Positions 13,549 through 25,663 of a stretch of DNA of 64,000 bases are shown here, piece after piece (position 1 is the stretch's first letter; every line of letters starts with the position of its first letter). Source of the stretch: Octopus vulgaris. Its lineage: Eukaryota. The notes beneath the pieces were generated by a model, which was not told the origin of the DNA, searched no databases, and worked only from the letters and a program-made list of their open reading frames with translations. The translations under genes were made by a program, and so were the position numbers. Where the stretch lies: positions 31,930,001-31,994,000 of the forward strand of contig OX597822.1 in assembly GCA_951406725.2 (NCBI GenBank), given 5' to 3'.

Positions 13549-14053
13549 ATATATACACAGATCCACATATACATACATACATGTATACACACACATACAT
13601 ATATACATACAAACACGCACAGACACACACACACACACACACACATACGCGCGCGCGCTCGAGATAAAGACAATAAACGCGGACAGCTGTTTTGCAACTT
13701 TCACCATCTAAACACCGATTATAAATTCACATTTACACCAGTAATAATGGCTTCACTTGGTTTTCTTTATAGATGCCCAAGTGACAATCTGGAGACGCTA
13801 GTGTTTTCAGAAAAAGAAATTATACAGCTAACGCGCACTTTACTAACACAATCTGTAAGCAAAACATCTAATTTCTAAAAGTTCTTAGATGGGGCATTGC
13901 GAGATTTTTATGATTTGCATTCCAACGACGGACTTACGTATCTTTGATAAAATCCAAGCCCCCATCACTTAGAGGAGGACATCAAATAATTAAAAATAGA
14001 AGAGCCTACATGCATACTCACATATATATACACACACACGCACACACACACAC

Positions 14054-14099
<46 letters not shown>

Positions 14100-14122
14100 C
14101 ATTAACACAAAGAAAGGACCCT

Positions 14123-14199
14123 ACCTCAGTTGTCGGCTGTTTGTCTACTTCTCATTTTGAGCATTCAACGACAGTAGGATTCTTCAAAGACAGTTGCTC
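14123..14199 (-). ncRNA. Degenerate permuted (pseudoknotted) hammerhead-like motif inside a microsatellite-flanked element (about 14100-14378)
   Basis: Helices gagca/tgctc, ctgt..ttg/caaacag and tgtcg/cgaca; core mutated to AAAA and CTGAGGT. Confidence 0.5.
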
Positions 14200-14375
14200 C
14201 CATGAATTCTAAAATAAAATTTGGGATTTATGGAGGTTCAAAGTTGAGAACAGAAAAATGACAGTGGAGACATACAAGGAAACCGAACGAAAACAAACAA
14301 GGAGGGTCGTTAGACCAGAACGAGAGGAAAATAGTGAACGCTGGGAGAAACATGTTTTTGAAAAGAGAAAAGATA

Positions 14376-14412
<37 letters not shown>

Positions 14413-14609
14413 AATAATTCCCTAAAAGGGATATAGACAGTAACTGCTCGATAACATAAGGGACTAAAGCCATCTGAATATGGCTAGGGACAGGGCAGGG
14501 TGGTGGGGGTGTTACTGTTGCATTTAGCCCCAGGCGAACATCGACGTCACCAGAAAGGCTCGACACCGTCACGGTGCCCTAAACCTGCAAAGGGAGGTAA
14601 TTCCCCGAT

Positions 14610-14683
14610 GAAGCGGAAACCACACACGGACCATGGTTTCAAGGTGTATTGCCTATCATCGGCGTGTGGTAGGCCTCCGCTTC
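14610..14683 (-). ncRNA. Type I hammerhead ribozyme motif, array copy 1
   Basis: Reverse complement of 15586-15659. Confidence 0.75.
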
Positions 14684-14969
14684 CTCGACGAATTCTAACT
14701 ATGCAGGATTTCTTATATAGATTTTCAAGCAAAATACATTTGCTGATTTCGAAAATCTGTTCGAAAGCAATAATAATTCTCTAAAAGGGATATAGACAGT
14801 AACTGCTCGATAACATAAGGGACTAAAGCCATCTGAATATGGCTAGGGACAGGGCAGAGTGGTGGGGGTGTTACTGTTGCATTTAGCCCCAGAGCGAACA
14901 TCGACGTCACCAGAAAGGCTCGACACCGTCACGGTGCCCTAAACCTGCAAAGGGAGGTAATTCCCCGAT

Positions 14970-15043
14970 GAAGCGGAAACCACACACGGACCATGGTTTC
15001 AAGGTGTATTGCCTATCATCGGCGTGTGGTAGGCCTCCGCTTC
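14970..15043 (-). ncRNA. Type I hammerhead ribozyme motif, array copy 2
   Basis: Reverse complement of 15586-15659. Confidence 0.75.
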
Positions 15044-15327
15044 CTCGACGAATTCTCACTATGCAGGATTTCTTATATAGATTTTCAAGCAAAATACATT
15101 TGCTGATTTCGAAAATCTGTTCGAAGGCAATAATAATTCTCTAAAAGGGATATAGACAGTAACTGCTCGATAACATAAGGGACTAAAGCCATCTGAATAT
15201 GGCTAGGGACAGGGCAGGGTGGTGGGGGTGTTACTGTTGCATTTAGCCCCAGGCGAACATCGACGTCACCAGAAAGGCTCGACACCGTCACGGTGCCCTA
15301 AACCTGCAAAGGAGGTAATTCCCCGAT

Positions 15328-15401
15328 GAAGCGGAAACCACACACGGACCATGGTTTCAAGGTGTATTGCCTATCATCGGCGTGTGGTAGGCCTCCGCTT
15401 C
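15328..15401 (-). ncRNA. Type I hammerhead ribozyme motif, array copy 3
   Basis: Reverse complement of 15586-15659. Confidence 0.75.
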
Positions 15402-15585
15402 CTCGACGAATTCTCACTATGCCCTAGCCATATTCAGATGGCTTTAGTCCTTATGTTATCGAGCAGTTACTGTCTATATCCCTTTTAGAGAATTATTATT
15501 GCTTTCGAACAGATTTTCGAAATCAGCAAATGTATTTTGCTTGAAAATCTATATAAGAAATCCTGCATAGTGAGAATTCGTCGAG

Positions 15586-15659
15586 GAAGCGGAGGCCTAC
15601 CACACGCCGATGATAGGCAATACACCTTGAAACCATGGTCCGTGTGTGGTTTCCGCTTC
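15586..15659 (+). ncRNA. Type I hammerhead ribozyme motif, array copy 4; predicted cleavage after 15640
   Basis: gaagcgga..cacacg CCGATGA t agg caataca cct t GAAA ccatgg TC cgtgtg..tccgcttc; bipartite stem I; palindromic stem III ACCATGGT. Confidence 0.78.
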
Positions 15660-15938
15660 ATCGGGGAATTACCTCGCTTTGCAGGTTTAGGGCACCGTGA
15701 CGGTGTCGAGCCTTTCTGGTGACGTCGATGTTCGCCTGGGGCTAAATGCAACAGTAACACCACCCTGCCCTGTCCCTAGCCATATTCAGATGGCTTTAGT
15801 CCCTTATGTTATCGAGCAGTTACTGTCTATATCCCTTTTAGAGAATTATTATTGCTTTCGAACAGATTTTCGAAATCAGCAAATGTATTTTGCTTGAAAA
15901 TCTATATAAGAAATCCTGCATAGTGAGAATTCGTCGAG

Positions 15939-16012
15939 GAAGCGGAGGCCTACCACACGCCGATGATAGGCAATACACCTTGAAACCATGGTCCGTGTGT
16001 GGTTTCCGCTTC
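15939..16012 (+). ncRNA. Type I hammerhead ribozyme motif, array copy 5; predicted cleavage after 15993
   Basis: Identical to 15586-15659. Confidence 0.78.
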
Positions 16013-16432
16013 ATCGGGAATTACCTCCCTTTGCAGGTTTAGGGCACCGTGACGGTGTCGAGCCTTTCTGGTGACGTCGATGTTCGCCTGGGGCTAAATG
16101 CAACAGTAACACCCCCACCACCCTGCCCTGTCCCTAGCCATATTCAGATGGCTTTAGTCCCTTATGTTATATATATATATATATATATATATTCATTGAT
16201 AAACCTCGCTAAGATAAATATTTCAATTAACCTGAAGATTGACTGTAACCATAACTCGAATTATTACGAATTGTACTGCCATGAAACGATCGTAGTGTTT
16301 TACTCTTTATCTTTTATTAAACTTTTAATACTTTTGATATATATTTAAAATAATATAAATTAATTAATTTTATATATTGGCTTATGTTTTTCATTGTTTG
16401 ATTTGCCTAAAAGTGGTTTTATCTCTAATTGA

Positions 16433-16484
<52 letters not shown>

Positions 16485-17527
16485 CATGCATGTGTATGTG
16501 TGTGCGCGCGCATGCATGTGCCTGTGTATTTGTGTGTCTTCACATCCACACACATATATACTAACTTAAACCTCGATGTAACATTATTTGATGTGTTACA
16601 AATAGCAGCCAAATCTGCTTTAAATCTCGCCTATACATCTTAATAAGAAAACATTATTGCTCACGTTACACTGCACTTGAACAAGGAGTGGATTGAAGAC
16701 ATTATTTTGATCAATCAGGGTTGTCTTCGTGGTTAACTAACAAAAACGGCTACAATGTTTGCGTGGATATATAACCTATCTATGCTACCATCTACGAAAA
16801 TAGGGAAAACAAGAGCGAAGAGCCAAAGGAGGTGAGTCATGGTACATGTCGGTTTGACATAAAAAGTAGCAAATGCCTTTGAGCCTGGGCTTTGCATAAG
16901 GTTATGAAGAGCTCGGACTATGCTCGTGGAAATAGCAGCCTAACTGACCTGCTTAAGAAAGCATCAGCAAAACCGCTCAGTGTAACTGACTTGCTTACAG
17001 TGTAATCCCCAAAAGTTGACTTGTTTATCGTAAATAGTGAGTATGTCACGCCCGTAGTAACGATTGTGTATTGTTGCGCTTCTCATGCATTTGACATATG
17101 AATTCAGAAGGCAATGAGGTCTCTTTTGCTGACGGATTTCACTCCGCTCTTAAATAATCTTGTTCTAAAAATATGGAATTATAATATGTTGAGAAAGCTA
17201 GCATTGGATCAACAATTCTTGTAGTTGAACTGCTTGACCCCACATTCGGGAAATGTACAAACAAAGATGTTACATCCGGAACCCATCCCGTCTTCTCGTT
17301 TTAAGACATCATTATGTCAGTTAAAGGAGATTTAGCTGCTAATATTTGCTAGTCAATTGACGCATCGAAGTTTCCTCATTGATTCATCATCATCAGTTAG
17401 CAAATGTTATTCGTTATTGAGTCAGATTCCCTCCGTAGCTTCATAGAGAGAGAGAGAGAGAAAGAGTGAAGGAGGGATGGAGAGAAAGAGAAAGAGTGAA
17501 GGAGGGATGGAGAGAAAGAGAAAGAGT

Positions 17528-17595
<68 letters not shown>

Positions 17596-17719
17596 GGAGT
17601 GTTGTAAACTAACGTCGCATTTCATAAAATGAGTTCAAATCAGCATAGACATCGTAAATTTGTTACTCATTCAAAATATAATCGCCCACATTGAAACTAG
17701 TGTTCTCATTCATCGACAT

Positions 17720-18400
17720 TAAAAAAAAAATAGGTTCTTTAGAAAAGAAAAATGTTTAGAGTAACTTTTCGACTTCGTCCCTGTTATCGAGTGATTTAAA
17801 AGACCCAAATAAATCTGATGGTGTGAGGGTCTGTTGCTGGAAGGTAAGGTAGAACTTCCTAAACTAATGAATTTATCTTTTCCTGGATTATCTTGTAGAA
17901 CCCATTGCTTTATTATCAACAGACAATGCATGACATATCTATCTCCCACATTTTTCCAATCCGTGTGAGATGATCTTGCACAGTGGGCCAGAGATTATTA
18001 AACCTCGGAGGTAAGTACTCAATATTTTGATACGGATCCTCTACAGTTGCAGATTTCACTGTTTTATAATGGAGAATCGTTCTTTTACCTGATTGATATC
18101 CATCCAAAAGTTCAAAATCACTGCTTCTGAGTTTGCTAAACCACGATTAGCTGCATCGAATCATCGCACCACCAGGCTGTACAGCACAAATTTTCAATTG
18201 CACGTGTTGACTTGTTGCTCTTATGAAATTTCTAAAGTATGCAATACCGAATATACAGCTCCCTAAAGTCTTTGTTTGGCATGGAATATCAGATGAAGCA
18301 TGCGCACACAATGCGTGCTCACATTATTATTTATTCATTAACTTTATACTGATTGATTGATTACAAGGACACCTTTTACTGGTGGGTAAAAGTTTTGTGG
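17720..18400 (-). pseudogene. Possible heavily decayed hAT-type transposase remnant
   Basis: Weak peptide traces across frameshifts (..HALCAH..KTLG..NFIRA..; SDLFGSFKSL). Confidence 0.3.
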
Positions 18401-18902
18401 TATGACGCCAGATTATTTCTTTGAAAGTACAGTAATTTTCTATATATTTAATACATACATATGTGTGTGTGTGTGTATGTGTGTGTGAGTGTGTGTCTAT
18501 AATTAAGGAAAAGAGACGTCAAAGTTGATATTACGCACGTTTTGGTGAACGAACGCCATTTTTTTTTCATTTTGTCTACGAAGTTATACAAATTTATATA
18601 ATAATTATAGAGTATATTTACTTCCTCAGACAATATAGTTTGATTCACACTGATTTTATGAAATATACTCGCATGTACGATATTTTCTTCGTTGCATGGG
18701 AATGTCCAACAACCAGGCATATAGACACAACACTAATGTTAATTTATGGACCAAACTCTATTGTAAACGATCTACTTTTACAGGAATGGAAACAAATAAA
18801 CTGCTGAAGCAATTGCCTGGATGTTACGTATCCCCTCATTTATACACGTACACGCACACACACGTTTATATGTATACATAAATATGTACGTACGTATGTA
18901 TG

Positions 18903-18974
<72 letters not shown>

Positions 18975-19076
18975 GGAATAAGTACATAAATGTGAAACGA
19001 GGTGGAAAAAAGTGTACTCAAATACCAAAGGTAGAGTAATAGGCTTTATTTAAAAGCAGCAGGAATATAACAAAAG

Positions 19077-19114
19077 ATGTTACTCAGAGTTTCCCGTTCC
19101 CGTTCGTCGGACAG
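19077..19114 (-). ncRNA. Minimal type I hammerhead motif in a short TA-flanked element (about 18972-19135)
   Basis: Minus strand: ctgt CCGACGA acg ggaa cgg GAAA ctctgag TA acat; one mismatch each in stems I and II. Confidence 0.55.
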
Positions 19115-19186
19115 TATTGTTACATCCGGAACCCATATATATATATATATATATGCATATTTCTATAATATAAATTTATATACATA

Positions 19187-20300
19187 TTAAGCAGAGATAC
19201 CCGGCGTTGCCCGTGTTACATACTATTGGAGAATTAGACTTTTCTGTTATATTTTCTTTAATGAACTGGAATATCTATGTTTCGAATTTCAACAAAATTG
19301 CAGATGAGGGTTATTTCCTTCTTTACAGACTCCAAAAAAATTGTAATCGTGCCACACATATCCCATATTACTGATTTTTATGCGCATATTCCAAAATTCC
19401 AAAAGACCGAGTGATAATAAAAAGACTGAAAGGAGGTCTGCAATCAAATAACTTTACTCAACACTTTGCAACTGAATCAGTGGAGGCAAAGGTGCCTCTC
19501 ATTTACTTGACAATTTATGCAGCTCATTGCAGAAATCACAATGTAAGTGTATGTCAAAGCAAACTTTTACATTGTTGTACCATTGAATTAGAAATAATGC
19601 TCAACTTTTATGCTCGGGTAACCCTACAGCTTCCAAGAGCACAACTGTATTCGTTTTTGCTTTGATAAAATGACAAAATTGTGGGTGTTAAGTCCCCATG
19701 GTGGGTTCTTTATAACTTGTAAGTAGACGAAATTTTATAAATATTACTTCACTTGTGTCTGATATCTATGGTTAAAATTTCATCAACAGCAAAAATATAT
19801 GAATTGTCATGGGGGTTATGGCCCTTATGCATAGAATATAATTTCCAAATTTCGTAAAGAACCATTCAGTACTTTTGACTTAGTTTTGGATCATAAAAGA
19901 AATGACTAAAATTTGGGAGTTAAGGACCCCATTTGGGTGTCTTAGAATCGTCATGAGAAGTGGAAACTCTGAGAATACTTCTTGATGTGTGTGTCAATCA
20001 CCCATGGTTGAAATTTCATTAACATCGAAAATTTATGAATTTCCTTGGGGATTCTGCCCCCTTTAAGCCATCTGAAATTCAAACCAAACATATTGCATTA
20101 TACCCACCCTTATGCATTGAATCTAAGTTTCAAATATCATAAGTATCCATTCAGCAATTTTGGTCCATAACGTATGAAACACACAGCATTACCCATCTCC
20201 CTAGGCTTGGATTTTGTGTTCCAAATTTCATTATGATCGGTGCAGCAATTTTCGAATGTATAATTCACAAACACATAAATACATTGTCTTTGATATAATA
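19187..20300 (-). mobile_element. Non-autonomous Helitron-like element with internal ~240-bp direct repeats
   Basis: Minus-strand 3' end cgggcaacgccgggtatctctgcttaa resembles the Helitron end at 54883-54910; internal repeats at about 19670-19900 and 19905-20170. Confidence 0.55.
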
Positions 20301-20330
20301 AATATTAATGTACACATATACATACATGTG

Positions 20331-20501
<171 letters not shown>

Positions 20502-20538
20502 GCTCAGGAGTGGCTGTGTGGTAAGTAGCTTGCTAACC

Positions 20539-22651
20539 TTCGACGTGTTCGGACGTGTTACTTTGGCTGCTGCCAGATGTCACGTCTTTCGGCGTGAATT
20601 ATTGAATTTTGAGGCTCGACTACAGGTAGGCATTTGTTTTATATTTTTGAGGGCTTAGTGGAGTTTGTTGCTCTGTATTTAATATTTTTCAGTGAGTAAT
20701 AGACTCCACTCTGCTCCGAACATTTACCTGCCTGTGGCCGCCTTGAGAGACTCACTTTACAGTGAGAATTGTGTTTTTGAAGAGGTGTAGTCCCTCCGCA
20801 AAAATTAATTTGTTTTGAAATTGTCTTTGTGTTTTCCACTGGATTTACCACGGAGCATCAAGGATTACCAAGGATTCTTTTTGCAAGGTTTTTCACCAAT
20901 TGGACATTTGGCCAGGAGTACCTTTTTTTGGCCGAAAAAAATTAATTCCTTTGTCTGGATTTGAACTCTCTTCGAGCTATCGTTTATTTTTTAAAAAAGA
21001 ACATTTTTGAACTGCTATTTCTATTTTTATTTCTTCCCTTCTGTTGTGTTTTTCATTCTCCTTTTTGTGTCTTATTATATTTCCTTATATTTTGAACTGT
21101 AATTGAACTTTGTGTTAAAATGTCAAAGGAATTTCTTCTGTGGGAGTTGACACCTCCCAAAAAAATATTTAAAAGAGCTGGAGGAGAAGACCATGGTGTT
21201 GAGGACTTACTCGAAGTCGCTTGACACCATAGCCGTCTTTCCGAAGGCCACAATTTTGAACGAGCTGGCAGACTACATACCAGCCATTAAATTTATTGCA
21301 AGGGGAGTGAAATATGCAACGGTACGGTTGCTATTTGACTCCCCCCAAGAAGCTTGCGATTTTGCAAGTCAGCCCCTCGAGGGTGAGGAAATATTGTTTC
21401 TTCCAACCTACTATGGAAAGAAACTATTGAAGGCTTGGATCTGCGGCCTGCCACCCGGAGTTGAGCCCGATTGGACAGAGGACTCTATTTGCCGGGGTCT
21501 GGGTGGTAGCAGCGCCAAGCTGCTGAATGTAAAAGTGTTGCCTGCGGCTGATTGGGAGGGGTCGAAAGCTGTTTTGACCCTATGAACCCAATCAGCCGAA
21601 AGTCTGGTTTTTCCAGATTTCTTGAGGATGGCCGGGTCCAGGTATCCGGTGATGCCTGAAGGACCCCCCCCCCCCAAGTGTCACCTGTGCCTGGAGACCG
21701 GCCACATTAAGGAGAACTGCCCCAGGGATCAAAGTAGGATCCTGGAGCAGGAAAAAGAGAAAGTGCACGCCGCCCCTTCATTGGCGGGGGAGACGGTGGA
21801 AGTCGTGGAGGAAGCTGCCTCCACGAAAAGAAAAAGAACGGTGAGCAACAATGGTTGCTCACCAAAGAACGTACAGACGGAGGAGGAGGATAGCGACCCC
21901 CGCGTCCGGCGATGGAGCCCCCTGGGCTCGCAGTCTCAAATAGAAAGAGGAAAAAGAGGAACAGACGATGGGCGGCGAGTGTTCCTAGGCCGCCGACGGA
22001 GCCGCAGGTGGGATGTGTGCCACCTGCGGATAAGGCTCCGTCAGTGGGAAGTGTGCCACTGACGGATCAGTTTGAGGCCCCTTTCTGTGAACAGGAGTGG
22101 TTTATCCTCCTTTACCACAAGGGAGGGAAGGCGAAAACATTTTTGAACGGCTTGGATGACCGAGAACGTATGGACACGGTCTGCACAAGTAGTCCGTTAT
22201 GGCCTTCGCAGGTGGCTGTGGAGGTAGTAACGGAAAATATTTTGTCAGAGGTCGCAGCGACCTTTAACAGGAAAGAATTTACTTTTCTCTTTGCAGGCCT
22301 CGATTCGTCGTCGCAGAGTTGTCTGCAGGCGGCAAGGCACTTTGCTTCGGGGACCTGACAGGGAGAATTGTTGTGAATTTATGTACTGTCCTTGTGGCAA
22401 ATTAAATGAATGAAAGAAGTTTGTAAGAGGTTTTAGTGCCTCCATTGTGTAAGCGGTTTGAAGCCTCATATCGATTTTTTGAAAATAAAGAAAAAAGAAC
22501 ATTGTTTTAGAGAAGCGAAGGTCGGCGGGCGCTTTTCGTCTTCTCCCATCATCATCATTTTTGCATTACCATCATTCATATCATTAATGTCTATGTCCAG
22601 CCCGCAAAGCTGCTATCTGTGTAATGCCCTTGTGGAAAATTAGATGAAATA
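20539..22651 (+). mobile_element. ORF1-only (HAL1-like) non-LTR retroposon inserted in a SINE A head
   Basis: 16-bp TSD aagtagcttgctaacc at 20523-20538 and 22652-22667; broken gag-like ORF; no RT between the TSDs; 3' end cccttgtggaaaattagatgaaataa. Confidence 0.75.
21193..22358 (+). pseudogene. LINE ORF1/gag-like protein with a CCHC zinc knuckle, disrupted by a stop and a frameshift
   Basis: ORFs 21193-21585, 21622-22062 (CHLCLETGHIKENC = CX2CX4HX4C) and 21912-22358. Confidence 0.7.
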
Positions 22652-22712
22652 AAGTAGCTTGCTAACCAACCACATGGTTCCGGGTTCAGTCCCACTGCGT
22701 GGCATCTTGGGC

Positions 22713-24490
22713 TTCTTTAGCCACGGCATCCCTAGCCCATCTTTTAACAGCTTTTGGCAGCAGATAGAGCGCCTTACAAGTGGTGCCCCTCTCCACAAAA
22801 TGCGGAAGGTGGGACGCTCCAACTTGCTCAGCCACGAATCGGGGCAAGGCAAGATGGTCAGGCGGTAGGTAATAACAGATGCTATGTACATCTGCGCCAC
22901 TTCCGCCATCCCTAGCAGCAATAGCATCCTTTCAGACCAAATCTTGGTTAGGACAGTTACCTTGCTTGTGACCTCACTCCAATTCTTCTCTACCTGGAAA
23001 TACGGACCAAACCAGACACCAAGCAACTTAACCGGACCTTCCGTCCAACGTCCCACGATATTATTGGGCGGCATCTACTTGTCCTCACAGGTGCCGAGTT
23101 GCAAGCCGGCTAACTCATCCTGCTTAATTTTTGCTCCTGCCACCGCTTTGTATCTTCTGATGGCATTGTCTACACAAGGTAGTTGCCTTTGATCCGACGC
23201 GATGATGTTGGTGTCATCCGCGTACGCGGTCGCAGTTCTTCCACAGTTTAGATCACGCGAAATATCCACTAAAGCCTCAAACCTTCGCAGTAATGGCTCA
23301 AGTGCCAATACATACAAAAGCGAAGACAGGGGACACCCCTGGAAAACATAGAGCTTAATGTCGAACGGTTTCGAAATGAAATCGTTCATCAGGACGATAG
23401 ATTTGATGTGGTTGTACAGAGCAGTGATTCAGTCGTAAAAATTCTGGCCCAGCGCGGCCGCCCTGAGAACCGCCACCAGGTACCGATGATCAAACCCATC
23501 GAATGCTTTAGATTGGTCTAAATGTACCAGTGCCCCAGCTTTGTCAGAAATTTTAACTACCCGCTCTAACGTGTAGCTTATGCGGTAGAGATTGTCATGT
23601 ATCGTCCTGCTGGGGATGGTGCATGTTTGCGCTCTCCAACAAGGCTACTTAAGACCCACACCAACCTTTTTGAAAGCACCTTGGCCAAAATTATTAACTC
23701 TGTGCTTAACAGATTTATTAGCCTAAAGTTACTAATAAAGTTCCTCTTGTTCGGGTCCTTTCTGATCAGCGTCACCACTCCCCAGATTGCAGCCTTGTGA
23801 ATTTTCCCATTCTGCTGCAAGTTGGCATAGATGCTGGCAAGCAGATGCTTGAACAAATCTGGCATACTTTTGAGAAAGTCATAGTCCAGACCCGGGGGCA
23901 CTCGGACAGTACCTCCATGACTTCCTTAGCCGTGATTGGTCCTTCACTGCACTCAACTACTCGTGCCGAGGGACGCAGACCACCATCCAGGAAGCTCACC
24001 ATGGTCCATCATTTCACTCCTCCCCAACAACTCAGCAAAGTGCTTGTAAAAGACATCACACGTCTCATCTTGTTCATCGACCAAAGACCCAATTGTGACA
24101 TCATTGCCATGCTGGGTCTCTACGGTGCAAGCCAAACCGGCAACGTTAATTACCTCGCGGCCCAATGCACGTAATTTAGCCTGAACTCTACATCCCGCGT
24201 ACTTGGCTTTGAGGTGTCGGTTGAAGTCCGATCTCGCTGTCAAAATGTGGGATGCAGAACCCAACCTTAACACATCTTCTAAGTCCTTGACTTGATCCCT
24301 TTCTGCTCTAGTCTTATCTGATCTTCTGGGTAAATCTAATCGACTCAGGTCGAATAGCTCGTTTGAGGGTAAACCACCACCTGTTATTCAACACGGTACC
24401 AGTTAATGCTTTCATGCCTAACTCTTTAGCCTGACTACAATATCCTAACAAGACAAAATAGTCTTGTTTAGCTTCCAGTAGCCAGATCGC
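22713..24490 (-). pseudogene. Tx1/L1-clade LINE ORF2 (reverse transcriptase) remnant
   Basis: GYWKLN; PGLD..FLK; NFRLINLLSTELIILAKVLSKRL; QGCPLSSLLYVLALEPLL; AYADD; KLLGVWFG; several frameshifts and stops. Confidence 0.9.
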
Positions 24491-24522
24491 TGTCTATGTA
24501 TCTATGCTCATCCTACACATTC

Positions 24523-25360
24523 CTAGCTTGTGATCCGTGTAAGAGACCAGAACAAACTGTGGACAATTAAAGCTGACTTATCTCTAGTACCTATATAAGG
24601 CAGAGCGGCAATTTCTAGTATGGAAATTTTATCTTCATTTGACAAGCAAAGGGCAGCCACCACCCACGCGGCGTCGTTTTCCGGTGATACTTCTTGTATC
24701 TTGATCTGGAACGGTCTACGTTCAAGATATGAAGGCAGAAGTACCACCTCTTTTGTTTTTAGTGTGAGCGGTATTTCTCAATTTTTTTCTTTTGGAACGT
24801 TAGCAATTTTTTTGTTCTCCGCATCATGTTTGGTATATGATAGACGTATTTTTGGTTTGTGTCGTAATGTCACTTGGTGGGGACGATTCGAATATCACCT
24901 CCATCTAAGAACAACATGCCGTAGAACGTTTGATATTCAACGCGTTATCTCAACACCTTCCTTGTGAATCGCAGTTGCCGCAGCAAAATTTTTCACACCA
25001 TCATTCATTTGGTTACTTCTATTAACTCCTTCAAGAGCCATTCGCTCATTTATTATTTCCATGGTTGCCATGATTTTTCCGGAGAGAAAAAAAACAAATA
25101 TTTTTTTTCTAGTGAATTTCTCACAAAGGAGAAAAAGACTTTTTCTAAATGGATTTCTCACAAAGGAGAAAAGTTCTTTTTCTTTTTTTGAAAAGAATAC
25201 TCGCAAAAGAGAATTCAAAGGTTCAAATTCCTACCCCGTAGGGTGAAAGACACAGTTCATAAACAAAAACTTTCAATAAGTTGCAATAAAAAAACAACGT
25301 TCAAATCTTTACCCCGTAGGTGAAATCACAGAATTTCAACAACAGCCTGCCAAGCAGGTA
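24523..25360 (-). mobile_element. Probable 5' UTR and ORF1 start of a LINE-like element
   Basis: ORF MATMEIINERMALEG.. downstream of a T-rich leader with duplicated taccccgtagg(g)tgaaa (about 25232 and 25310); lies upstream of the RT remnant on the same strand. Confidence 0.35.
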
Positions 25361-25663
25361 AAAGCTTTCAATAAACAAGAAACAGTAACAATTTCAACAA
25401 TACTTTCGTAAATCTAAATCCAAATAGTAACAACACGGCACACTGCAATTGTCAAATCGAACTAACACACAAACGTCACCCCGACCGCTATTATTTATAA
25501 TCTTTCGGTCCAGTCTATTTATCGCGAGGGTGTTGTCGTGATTCATCACATCTCCCTTTTAAGGTTTCGACTTCTCCAAGAAGTGAAATTTATTTTATTT
25601 TCTATTTTATTTCATTCCTCTATTTCTCTCTCATCCTCTCCCTGTCCCTCTCTCTTTTTTGTT

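Larger units (their letters stand above)
14409..16170. mobile_element. Retrozyme-like array of ~360-bp near-identical units: about 2.8 units on minus (14409-15421) joined to about 2.1 units on plus (15422-16170)
   Basis: Unit starts at 14409, 14768 and 15128; inversion junction near 15421; (TA)n on both flanks; one hammerhead motif per unit. Confidence 0.85.

Noticed and set aside
14409-16170. Repeated 61-99 aa ORFs in the 360-bp array, or a CRISPR-like reading of the array
   Set aside because: The ORFs shift frame between units through indels. There are no unique spacers or cas genes, and the DNA is eukaryotic.
21193-24490. A single LINE with ORF1 on + and an inverted ORF2
   Set aside because: The ORF1 segment is enclosed by its own 16-bp TSD and the SINE resumes after it, so the minus-strand RT is a separate element.
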